Below are positions 49,860 through 61,861 of a DNA stretch of 64,000 nt, piece after piece. This DNA is from Haliotis rubra (taxonomy: Eukaryota). The notes under the pieces are model-generated. The model was given only the letters and a program-made list of their open reading frames with translations. It made no database searches and was not told the DNA's origin. The translations under genes were made by a program, and so were the position numbers. The number at the start of each line of letters is the position of its first letter. Position 1 is the stretch's first letter. The stretch covers positions 1,984,001 to 2,048,000 of the forward strand of contig NW_025767668.1 in assembly GCF_003918875.1 (NCBI RefSeq), given 5' to 3'.

Positions 49860-49935
49860 TTGACGACGGGCGGAAGAAGGAATGTTCACCCGGAAGAGGT
49901 TAAAAAGTTGAATCCACGTACGGATCGGGATTAGG
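49860..49935. promoter_or_regulatory. Probable IFTAP promoter region
   Basis: CpG-richer patch ~170-240 nt upstream of the ATG with two CGGAAG (ETS-type) motifs. Confidence 0.4.
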
Positions 49936-51353
49936 TTAACTTTCTTAGATTTTAATCAAGATTGTGTATTGCATTCAGACATCCGTATGCTGAGTTCTGT
50001 AGGGGCGGCGGGGAAGCCTACTCAGTTGTGGTTACATCGTTCCCTTGTCACGCCCAAGACCCGGGTTCGATTCCCCACATGGGTACAATCATATATTTAT
50101 AAGCATGACTCTGATCTTATATATATAGGCATGACTATATATCTTACAAAATGTATGTATGATTCGCACTGAAAACACTTACCAGGCATATCTGTACTCA
50201 GGGACCGTTCATAATTTATGGCTCGGGGAGGTGATTATGATTTTAGAAAAAAAAAAAAGTGGGGTGGTGGTGTGTGTGTTGTTGTTCTGGGGAGGTAGGG
50301 TGGTCATCAATTTTGTACACGTTTCTAAAGTGGTATTGTGGGGGTCAGCAATTTTTTCATAACAATAATATTTAAAATTATGCTTAAAGATATTGGAAGG
50401 GGGGGTCATTGATATTGTACATGACATGCAGGGGTTGTCACTTACTTTGTACATAAAATGGGGAGAGAAAGGTTGTCAAAATTTCTTATGAGAAGGTCTG
50501 ACCAAATAAATACACCTGCCGATTGTGCCATTGTTGATCTGTTGTTATATAAAATGTGAGTAAAATGTCATTTTTCATCACTTAATTGTCAACCATGGAA
50601 AGTTTAGCCAAATCCATTCAAGATATGAAGGTCTTGAAAAGCCCGATTGGCTTGTTAATCTGTTGTTACATAATATGATTACCAGGAAATCGTGGGTAAA
50701 ATTCATTATTCGGTTACATAATATGGGGCTTAAATAACGGAGTATGGTAATCAGTACGGTAATCAGTGTAGTGTAACATATGTTGGGATTACATTCTTAG
50801 TAACACAGATTCTAGTACTCGTGTTGGTTTGAGTCCCATCCGGGATTCGAACCCACACCCTCAGTCGTAACAATGTGGTGTTGTCGACAAGAACCCGCCT
50901 GAGTGGGACGCTGCTGTATGCCGACACAAGGTAGACCGAGTGTTGAGCTTCATCTGCAGGGTAAACAGAAGCCCCGCAACACAGGGGAGCGGAGTGCACA
51001 TCCAGATAGACAATATTGAGTTACATTTCATTCCTGTAGATAACGACTGGAATGTGAATTTACTTACGTCAGAAAAACCCTGGAAAACAGGTGAAACTAT
51101 CTCAGGAGACAGAAACCTCTGCAGCTCAATAACAGCTCAGGCCCGGATACCGAGGTCAACAACGGAAGGTAGAATACATGTAACTATGTATTTGTTATCA
51201 AGGAAGCCACATTTTTCATTTTCTCAGGAAACGGGTAATTCATAGAGCTCGGGATTACGGAATATGTTCCTCATGATTAATTCCTCGAACAAGTTACAAA
51301 GTCAATGGAATTTATTATTTTGGGATCGACAATGCCCATATATAGAGTAAGGG

Positions 51354-51506
51354 GTGAGTGAGTTTAGTTTTGCGCCGCTTTAACTAGCAATATTCCAGCA
51401 ATATTATACAAGAAATGGGCTTCACACACTGTATGCCCATGTGGGGAATCGAACCCTTGTCTTAGGCGTGACGAGCAAAGGCTTTAACCACTAGATTACC
51501 CCACCG
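51354..51506 (-). mobile_element. SINE family A, minus strand
   Basis: Reverse complement of consensus. Confidence 0.8.
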
Positions 51507-51739
51507 GTCCCTGGTTGCAGAGATCAACAACAGACGGAGTATGTATTTGGTATCAAGGATATCCGATTTTCTACATTTTCTCAGAAAATGGGTAACATAG
51601 AATAGCCTATTCTCAACGCAGATTATGTCCCTCATAATAATTGCTGTAAATTCCTCGAACATCAACTTACAAATATAATGGAATTTATTATTTTGGTAAC
51701 GATAATACCCGTAGAACAGAGGCGATTATCCAAACGTGG

Positions 51740-51978
51740 GACCCGTGAAGATCCGGGTTAGAATTGGTCTTCAGCAACCCATGCTTGTCGTAAGAGGCGA
51801 CTAACGGGATCGGGTGTTCAGGCTCGCTAACTTGGTCGACACATGCCATTGTATCCCAATTGCGTAGATCGATGCTCATGATGTTGATCAATGGATTGTC
51901 TGGTCCAGACTCGATTATTTACAGACCGCTGCCATATAGCTGGAATATTGCTGAGTGCAGCAAACAAAACAACAAACA
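51740..51978 (+). mobile_element. SINE-like family B (~235 bp), full copy
   Basis: gacccgtgaagatccgggttagaat...ccatatagctggaatattgctgagtgc + (CAAA)n; other copies at ~1852-2036(-), 21630-22025(-), 25890-26075, 28940-29173(-), 43100-43270, 46440-46674(-), 47950-48100(-). Confidence 0.85.
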
Positions 51979-52003
51979 ATCGTGACGCAAAACACAAACT
52001 ATC

Positions 52004-52156
52004 GGGGGCGGTGGGGGCTAATGGATAAAAGTTGGCTCGTCACGCCGAAGACGGAGGTTCGCATGGGTACCAAGCCCATTCCTGGTGTCCCCCGCCGTGA
52101 TGTTGCTGGAATATTGCTAAAAGCTGCGTAAAGCCAAACTCAGTCAGTCAGTCAGT
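52004..52156 (+). mobile_element. SINE family A
   Basis: Head, body and (CAGT)n tail. Confidence 0.8.
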
Positions 52157-52164
52157 TACAAGCC

Positions 52165-52693
52165 TAGGGCTGGGACGGGTAGGAAAAAATGGAATCAAGT
52201 ACCCGCATGGACTTACCCGAATTGGAATCGAGTACCCGTAAATGTAAGGAATAAAACGCTTCTGTCAACTTTCTGAATATCCAATCACGAGTTGACAGAG
52301 ATTTTATAGAAAAACTTGAAATGATGTCAATAAGACACTGAAACTGAACATGGGCTATTTATTTTACGTCTGTTTAACCAGGGAGACTATATGTGTTGTA
52401 GATTATCCCTGGTTTAACCAATATAGAGAGTAACACCATTGCCGCTGTTACTGCAACTTGACTCCTCACTGCTCATGCTCAGATATATTACAGTCGTTAA
52501 TAATAACCTCCATTAATCGGACAATGCCAATGATGCAAATGTGTGTTACGTCAATAATGAAAAAGACAAGTTATTGTCTGCCCTTGCCATTACAGAGTTC
52601 TCTCTTTTTCCGGGTACTCGATTCCTAGAAATAGGACTCGGTTCCAGCTCTACCCGACCCGGATTCGAGTACCCGAGTCCCGTCCCAGCCCTA
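52165..52693. mobile_element. Non-autonomous hAT-type DNA transposon (MITE)
   Basis: TIRs TAGGGCTGGGACGGG / CCCGTCCCAGCCCTA; perfect 8-bp TSD TACAAGCC; subterminal TACCCG repeats. Confidence 0.9.
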
Positions 52694-55099
52694 TACAAGC
52701 CCAGTATTGTTGTTACGCGAGATAACGTTCTTATCAACGTTCAGCCAGTATTGTGATCATATGCATTCGTGTATTAAATGTATTCATGTCTGTACATATA
52801 TGAGAATCGTCCATGAATCATTGACTGATCTGGGGCTCGTTCCATAAAACGATCCCAGTGCTACGATGGTCGTGAGCCTTTGTTAAGATATATGGAGTCA
52901 CCTTAGCGCCAAGATCATTTTGTGCCACCGGGCCCTGGCTCTGCAAGTAGTTATGTTACAAGCCGTGTATATATACTACTAAAGGAGAACCTAAACATTC
53001 CATTCATATGCGATGTTAGCAAAAGTTCAATTTAAATTGTGTTAAAGATCAGCAGTAATATACACGAGGGTAAATCGAAAAGGGTTTAGTCTTGTAGTTA
53101 TTTCTTTGTGAAATGTAAACACCTAAGATTCAGGTGAGAGAAACAGCGAACATTAAGAAAACAGACTAACCAGCTGTGGTTAGTGTCTGCACAAGCAGAC
53201 ATGTTACCAAAGGACGGATACTTGAAGGATTGGGTATGAATACCCTTCAACTGTCTCGGAAATAGGCAAATGAATTTAAGAGGCAGGGCACAAATTACCC
53301 AGAGTCTGGCGGCCCTAAAGATGCTAAAAGTCAAGCGGAAGCTGTCAATCGGTGTCCGACTAGCTCGTTGCAATTCATCACGTCGCTGAGGTGATGGGGA
53401 AGAATTTTGTCATGGGGATCAGTTTTAGGTCAGTGCCGTCCATCGTAACTGACACACGACACATGAGCCAACTGTCACCAGGATTGTACGTGTTGACATC
53501 AGGTCAGCTGACTCAACATATCCAGGGAACCTTTGACCATCAGTATATAAATCTTATAAAATTCTCATGTGAACTTGTAACTCATGATGCTACCGGACTC
53601 CATCGCTTTGATACATCCTCTCTCACACGCACGCACACACTTACATTGTTACTGTACCAGGCTCGACAAGGTGTCTCATTTAGCAAACATAAGGTGACGT
53701 ATGTACGTACGTATGTACGCATGTATGTGTCTGTCTGTACGTGCGTGAGTACGAAGCAATACGTAGGAGTATATAATATGTCAATATGCATGTGCTTGCG
53801 TGCGTATGTATGTGCTTGCGTGACCACGCTGGTTGTCCATGCACGTGTTTATACCACGTTGTGGTAGATAGGGCGTGCGTGCATGTGTCGTACGAGTATG
53901 TATGTGTGCGTGCGTGTGTGTGTTTGTGTTTATGCCTCGTCGGCGTTGATGGTGTCGGGTATAATTGGATTGTATGACCAAGGTGATTGTCCATGTGTGT
54001 TTTCACGCACGCAATGGGTGGCTCGTTCTGGCGCAAGGTGTCGTACCCTCACTACAACCATGCAGGCTGTCGCCATAACGCTGGAATCTTGCTCAACAGC
54101 AGGTACAAAATAATTATCTATGGACTATTCAAAAGCAATTTGTGTTAGAAAAGGTGGACTTATTTCTGTAATAGTTAGCGAACAAATATACAATATACCG
54201 TATTTACCATAATGAGAGCCCTTGGTGCACATAAAATTGACTAAGAATGGAAGTTATTATTCCTCCGGTGATTCAACAATGCCACCAATATCATTCGTTT
54301 TTTTATATTTTAGTGCAGAGAAGGAAAAATATTAATTTGTTACTATCAATTTTACAAAAAAAACCCATTAATCTAGTCGTGTAACTTGGCTGTGTGTCTA
54401 TATAAAATGTGTACTACGCAAGATGGGACAGGATGCCGTGTAATGTTTCGGGACTGGCACTGGGCGTTAATAAAGAGTACTTGCGCAGTACTATCAAGAA
54501 GTAGATATATTAGCATTACGGTAACTTTACACTCTGCCATGCAGTTTTCAAGCCATTATCAACAGTCTGCTCACAGTTTGATGTTATCATTGCCCAGCAT
54601 ATTTTATCCGCCATATGGTGTCTAATATTGTGATGAGTTCATTGTAAACCTGGCACATCTGTTTGAAGAGTGGGAAAATGTACTAAATGGACCAAACTGA
54701 TGGCTGGTGTATAATTGAGACTGTAGCGAAGTAAGGTTCGTTCGATATTGTATGAATCCGTTGGAATGGATTCCATTTTAGAAATCATTACGAGTTATAT
54801 ATATCCATTTAATATTGGGATGACATCAATATAATTCAGATTTATTTGTATAGCGATGTACCTGTTGCATGTCACTGAATATCCACGTGCAATTTTGTTC
54901 ACATACCGAGAGACCTCCTTTTTGAAACTTTAAGAAAGAACTTATATACACCTGGAAAAGGTTAAGCACACTGGCATTTTTACAATTTTACAAAGTTGTA
55001 TGTTTCGGCTAACATCAGTGGTGTGCACGCACCGTACGTTGGTAAATCTGCATGTAATGAGGAAAATAAATATATTTGTAACCTGGTGCACCTGCTTGT

Positions 55100-55410
55100 A
55101 CCCAGGTGCACCAGATAAAGTTCTAAACGTGCTCCAGTAGGTTGAGGTCTGGACTCTTGGCGGGCCACGGAAGGTGTCACAGCGTTATTCCGAATGAAAT
55201 ATGTCACTGCACAAGAACGGTGGCCTCCACATGTACAGGTTATGTAGCAAGAAGATGCCAACAAATTAAATGAGGGACAATAACTGAATCCACCACTTCC
55301 TGGATATACTGAACACCCGTCAAATTTCCACGTATTGTCAAGTAAACACGAGAGACACACCCCCTCCGACCACATCATGATGGAATCTCCACCAAACTCT
55401 CAAGCGTCCA
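55100..55410 (-). mobile_element. Decayed Tc1-family transposase fragment
   Basis: Minus-strand pieces EFGGDSIMMW and LPWPAKSPDLNLLEHV* match Tc1 motifs GGGSVMVW and WPxxSPDLNPIE. Confidence 0.75.
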
Positions 55411-58400
55411 TCAGTTCCATGAAGAGGTCCTCTTTCGACAAGCATATTTTGTTGAAGACCAATTCTAAAACGGCTCTTCACTGGATACACTGTATGAATC
55501 CGTTGGAATGGAATCCATTTTAGAAATCCTTACGAGTTATCATCAGATAACTTTATCATGACCAAAATGAAAATATTGCAACAAAAAAGTAGCCCCAGAA
55601 CTAACTACACCTCAACGATGTCTACTGATTGTCATTACATTTTGAACTAAAGTGGATAAACAATGGCAATAAAATATACTGGGCAAAAATAGTTAGGGAT
55701 ATATGTAAATTTTGAAATTATGAATAAAGATGTATTTATTCATTGACACATTGATAAAATATCAATCATAAATATACAAATATCCCTAACTTATTTTGTC
55801 CAGAATAAGTATTTTTCAATATGGCTTTCGTGGCAGCCATATTGAAATTCTGATTAAAATGTCTTGACCTCGTTGCGATGTCATTTACGGGGGTAACAAG
55901 TTCTAATATGTGGAATTTCAGATTCATAACGGACAGGGCACTGCATAATCTCACGTGACTTTTTGTACAATGAGCTAAAAGCATGTGCAAGACTTGTCTG
56001 TTGGTGTAACGAACTACATCACTAGGGTTGAAATGGTGGCCTTTCGGAATATCAATGCACTGTGGGTTCAACTTTTTTTTCTGTACCTAAACAAAACGAT
56101 ATATTGCTCAAATGTTTTATTTACCCTCGTTTACTGATGCCTAAGCGTAGCAAAATATGATGGGAACTAACGGTTTAAATTCACTCGAATGAAAGCTAAT
56201 ACGAACGAGAGTATTGAGCTTGCTCTTCCCCTGGAACCCGTAATATTTGAAGTTAAGACGTTCCACTACATTATGACCTGAAAATCGGTATCGCGACGAG
56301 CATCGTATCCTGACTTTGCTGTATCGTTTCACCCAAGACATTAACACTGGTATTCTGTTCAGGATCTTCAGACAAGATCTGAAAACAGACTGGTTGACAA
56401 CTCTTATCAGATTCTTCAAGCATGTTAATAACTTGAGAGTTATGTGAAACTTTGGTACTGATATTCAGTTACATATTCATATACCCATGACTAAACACGT
56501 GAGTTCATTTTCCTGAGATTATAGTACCTCAAACTTCTACGACTGTGATTAGATATTCACTTCTTCAGTTCAGCCCTGTCTGAGCGACTTTGATTACCCT
56601 TGTACACAAATAATTGTATACTTCTGTGTTTTATGATGAAATTGTTATCTTTCCATATTGCCCAAAACCGATTCTCAATTCAAGTATGTATTTAAACAGA
56701 ATATCTGATTGAATAATTTAGTTTACATTGTCACAATATCATGATTTCATACAAACCATATACTTCTAAGCACTCATCAGTGATTTCTCATAACTCATAA
56801 CATAAAGTAGACTAATTGTAAAACTTGGTTTATGAATCGATCCACCACAAAATATAAATAAATAAGTAACATCCCAAAACTTTCCATCTACATGAAATAA
56901 GTAAATAATCTTGAAAGGATAATAACATGCCAACCATTGGTTCCTTGGTTTATATGTTTATAAAAAAGTATAAATTTTCTCAATTATCACATTCAAAATG
57001 TCAATAATTACTAGAGTTTATTTGAAGTTTGTTGTTGTCTCTAATCCTTCACAAAATAAGGAGCAGGAACAGCATTCCAAGGGCTGAATTCATAAAAAAG
57101 AACTTGAATCTCTTTTTAAAAAAAAATAAAACTTTTTCAAGTGTTTGATAGTCAAAGTAGGAAAGACAAAGTTTTTTACTTTTTCAGACTTTAATTTTGA
57201 GATTTTACTAGAGTCATATTCATAATGCAGCAAAGGCATAAGATTTGTCAATTTCTGACTCAAACTAGTCAAACTAGAAGGTGTTTGACTTAAGTCAGTA
57301 AACAGCATGGCTGCCGTCTTTCGCCAAAGGAGGCAAAGTCTCCATGAATACAATGATGTAGACTTTAATATGGTGATATCTTCTAGATGGGAATGCATTA
57401 GTTTCGTCACAGCCTAATAGCACCAGATGTTGAGCCCACAACCATTCGTAACCATGACTACATGCCACACTAAAGACACTTATCACATTGAGGTACTTTG
57501 CCACTGGAAAGTTTCAGTTAGCTTAGCCGTATTTCCAAAACTTCATTTTTGATTACAGAAAACCATAGTTTCTTCATGAATACGGCTATAGTCATATCAT
57601 AGCATACTAGTATCAGGTTTAACTGGGAGGAAAGTCTGATATAATGCAGGTCAGACATTTCCACTTCGCTGAAACCCATGAGCACAGGAATGGTGCTGAC
57701 AAACATGATAAGGACATTCAGATTCAAACCAACAATCATAGGTTCCTGGCAAATCCAAGGGATGTAAGTTTGTAACTCTGCAGAGCAAACATCAACGCAT
57801 CAGATGCTGGGGCACCTACGTCTCCTCAGAGAAGAAGTTAGACTCATATTATACAACTATAAAACATATTAGTTTATCATGCTGATTGTTGTTTAAGGCT
57901 CTAAATGGCTCAAACTGTATAAAAAACAAATGTGTGACCCTCAGGACACATCCTTGTCATCAATATTACAAACAAACATGACAAACTAGGGCATTTTATA
58001 AAACAGGTTTATTACCATTCTCATAAAATATATCTTCATTCATAAAACATGTCAAAATTGGAAGATTCATTAAAGCTCTTCAACATGATAATTTGATAAA
58101 CAAAAAGTTTTATAAAATGAAATTTGTGACACATATCTTCACATTGTTAAAATGTTTTTGAGTTTCTATACTCCTGATGTAGGTTTTGTTTACAAGCAAT
58201 GAAAGAACACACGACATGATACTGAAGATGTTACCATGAAATAAAAATATACGACATAAAAAGCATAATGGTTTAGTTAAACCTAATAAAATATATTTCT
58301 TGTTGCATGCTACCAATCTACTCTTAAAATTGCACCTGCCCCTAATACAAATAACATATTTGTTAGCACTATTAAAAACTACCTTTTAAATTCAAATCCT

Positions 58401-59103
58401 GTTTTGGCACCAGATCATAAAAGTTTAAACTGGCTATTCATCCTGTTCCTAGTGTAACGAAGGACCAGTCTCATTATTCATTATTGTCATTACTAAGGGT
58501 TATTAGGATCTGTAGACTTTCCAATTTGGAACTTCTCAAATGAACTTCGACCATGATAGGTGCATCAGTGTGCATTTTATTCTCTACTCCCTGGGAAGTG
58601 TACATCAAGCAGAAGAGGGCGGGACCAAAAGGGGTCAAGTGGTACCTTAAAATCAAGTTCACTTTAAAAGATCTGTGACCTACTTAGGAAATACAGTAGA
58701 AAAATAAATCCATCCTTCCCTACCTGTTTCTAAAACATCAACAGAAATAATACATATTTAAAAAGTGACCTTATCATTATCTTTTTGACAAGGAGTCTGC
58801 ATACATCTTTGAATAAGCTACAACCATAAAAAGGAGGCAAATAGAATAACTATTTTTAACATGTTTAACAAGGTTCATATAAGTATGTAAGCTATAGTGG
58901 GGAGAAGCTTTGAGTGATATATACAGGTCTGAAAATTAGCATTGATTAACAGTATTAATACTTGATATATTCATATTCTGCACAGCCTGGATACATGAGG
59001 CATGAGGTTGATAAACATGATTAATATTGCCCTTGGAGACATTTCCACAAGTATAACCATTAAAACACCAACAAAACATAATGTTTTAACTTACAAACAT
59101 AAC

Positions 59104-60059
59104 TTATTGAACATTGTTCTGTGAATAGTTTTGTAAATACCATTCATGATCTTCGGGCTGCAAGCACCATGGGGTTGACTTGACATCACACGTTAATTTC
59201 ACATTTAGTATGGTCACTGGAGCATTGTCTATAGTCAGTTCTCTTCTACTGGCGATGTTATATTCAACTGTTGACATCCCAGTCTCCCTGTCCAGCCTTC
59301 TTGTCTTGTTCCGTTGGTCAAAGTAACGCTTGTTATCCCTGGGCCTTCTCTTCCTGTCATGGACATGTCGGAAGGTTTTGTTTCCTGTCGTTATATTTTG
59401 AGGTCTTTGAACAATAATCCCAGCTTTCCTCATTCTAACGTAGAATTCATCATCCTCACGACCCCAACCCCAGTATCGGTTTGACAAACCATTCAGCAAT
59501 TTGAAATCGGATGATTTCAGGAGAAGTATTCCCCTACGAATGTTTTATAGTGATATAGAGGATGGAGATTAGGTGCAGCAATATGAAAAGGTCCGTTTTC
59601 TGGATAGGAATAGCTGAGAGCTGGGTTTAGAGGCAAAAGATCCACATCATGCATGGCAATATAATCAGACACTTCACTGCTTTCACGAAAACCAACATTT
59701 ATAAGAGATGCTCGGTTGAACCTAAAATTATCAACCTGGTTCACAGCATAAATCTTGTGACGAACGTTTTGATTGTTAAGAAATGAATGCATGTGAGGTA
59801 CAAATTCCATCAATTCTTCAAACCTGTCTCTCAGAGGCACAACAACTGCCAGGGTGTGGTTGGATTTGTACCGGTCAACTGTAGCTGGTGTCTGGACAGT
59901 TCGAACATCCGTCTGCACGGAGTCGCTTTCTTTGGGTGGGCATTGGCACTGTGTAGAATCTGGTAACGGATATCGGGCAAGGTAGAGACAAAACACCAGC
60001 GTCAGAGCCAAGCACACTAGAAGAATGTGCGAGGTTGATAACCGCCTCCTGTTGGCCAT
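59104..60059 (-). CDS. B4GALT7: Beta-1,4-galactosyltransferase 7 (xylosylprotein 4-beta-galactosyltransferase); single coding exon; 1-nt frameshift at G-run 59531-59534
   Basis: Type II TM anchor; motifs [58 protein letters not shown]; one added G restores GGILLL and a 318-aa ORF. Confidence 0.93.
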
Positions 60060-60927
60060 CCATCAAGTTTAAAACAAAAGTCAACAAATTATACGGAATC
60101 CCGTAGCTGAGCGGCGTGTGTTCTTGTGAGAGACAAGGGGCTACTGTTCAGCTCAACTCCAAACCGACAAACGTCATCATTTCGGACTTCTGACATATGG
60201 CTCACACATGGGCTGGTCGACTACGAATTGAATGCTACCGAGTGTAACGTACCAGGAAGGTTGATGGCAAGCAGGGGAAGGCGATTCTGTCCCGACAATC
60301 TCCGTCAGCTATATGACACATGTAGCCACACAAAATGTCTCTGGAAACGCCTTTTTTCATGTTTTCGATACGACCACTGACTGTGCCTCTCCCAAAAAAA
60401 TTGACTGACCCATGACAGGTCGTACTCGGCTCTCAACAGCCAAACCACAACAAACGTGCTGCGGTGGAGTTTACGTACTTAAATTGCGGAATGGGTTGAC
60501 CAAATACGAAAATAGAGTCAACCTGAAACAGCATTGCACATTCTACTTGGAGTGTTTGCAAATCTCCTCATCTTATTTGGAGATTTTATTATCTGGAGAT
60601 TACCAAAATCGTAAAACATGCTTTGTATGTCTGTAACATTGTTAAATCAGGCATGCAGCTATCTATCAGAAAGTGCTTCGTCTGATACGGATTCAGCATG
60701 ACAGCATTAAATGACCGACATCTTTTACAATAAAACAACCGTTCATGTACCGTATTAATTAGTGCCAGTCTTAAAATATAGAGATCTAAATAGATAATGC
60801 TTCAATCTACTCGGATAATACTCTCATCTATGTAGATGATACATATATTTACATAAATAATAATTGCTTCTGAGTAAAAGATACAGACTACATCTATGCA
60901 GATGATACTTAAATTACGTATATGATA

Positions 60928-61089
60928 GGGGGAGATAGGGTAGCTAAGTGGTTAAAGTATTCGCTCGTCACGCCGAAGACCCGGGTTCGATTCCCCACAT
61001 GGGTACAGTGTGTGAAGTGCATTTCTGGTGTTCCCCGCCGTGATATTGCTGGAATATTGCTAAATGCGGCGTAAAACTGAATCACTCAA
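60928..61089 (+). mobile_element. SINE family A with 10-bp TSD
   Basis: TSD gtatatgata at 60918-60927 and 61090-61099; intact A/B boxes. Confidence 0.9.
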
Positions 61090-61271
61090 GTATATGATAT
61101 TATATGAATATAGATCATTCAGTATCGAATTATCGCCCTTGTAACCATATTTTCTCGAGTTATCGACAATAGTTTCTGCTTGTTTTATGTAACTTCATTT
61201 ATGAATAATGGCCGAATTATTTGACTTTCAACCTTGGTGTTTGTGTTTAGTAGAAATGATCAGATTCTTTA

Positions 61272-61495
61272 GTTTGTTGTTTAACGCCGCTCTCAGCAAT
61301 ATTCCAGCTATATGGCGTCGGTAATTAAATAATCTAGTCTGGACAAGACAATCCCGTGATCAACATCATGAGCATCGATCTACGCAATTGGGAACCGATG
61401 ATATGTGTCAACCAAATCAGCGAGCCTGACCACACGATCCCTTTAGCCGACAAGTATGGATTACTGAAGACCAATTCTAACCCGGATCTTCACGG
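61272..61495 (-). mobile_element. SINE-like family B, minus strand
   Basis: Reverse complement of 51740-51978. Confidence 0.85.
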
Positions 61496-61861
61496 ATGAG
61501 CTATGACCGGAACATTCAATAAAATAACTCTTCGTTTAATGTGTCGAAGTTTTGTTAAATGAGTTGGTATGAGTTTTTATTTTCATTTTAACGCTGATAC
61601 ATGAAATGGTTTCAGTTGTGAAAATTAAATACAAAAAGGCCAAATGAAAATACATGACCAACATACTGCCAAACAAATTATATATCATCCTGGAAATGTT
61701 TTTTATCCAATGTTTGTTGGAACTGCACCCATCTAGGGTGTAACTTCATAGCGCCAATAACCGTCTTAGTAACAATACGCACGATTATAATATCATATAT
61801 GGAGATGAATGCAACTTCTACGTAGACGAAATTATTATCAATGTAGATGAATTTATAAATC

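Noticed and set aside
53391-54113. Cluster of 60-158-aa ORFs
   Set aside because: Derived from a degenerate (GT)/(ATGT) microsatellite and a SINE-tail-like fragment
48400-56500. RAG-like/Transib transposon at the NWC locus
   Set aside because: No RAG1/RAG2-like ORF or paired RSS-like TIRs seen
60126-60636. Head-to-head gene upstream of B4GALT7
   Set aside because: Short ORFs with no recognisable domain or convincing exon chain in the window
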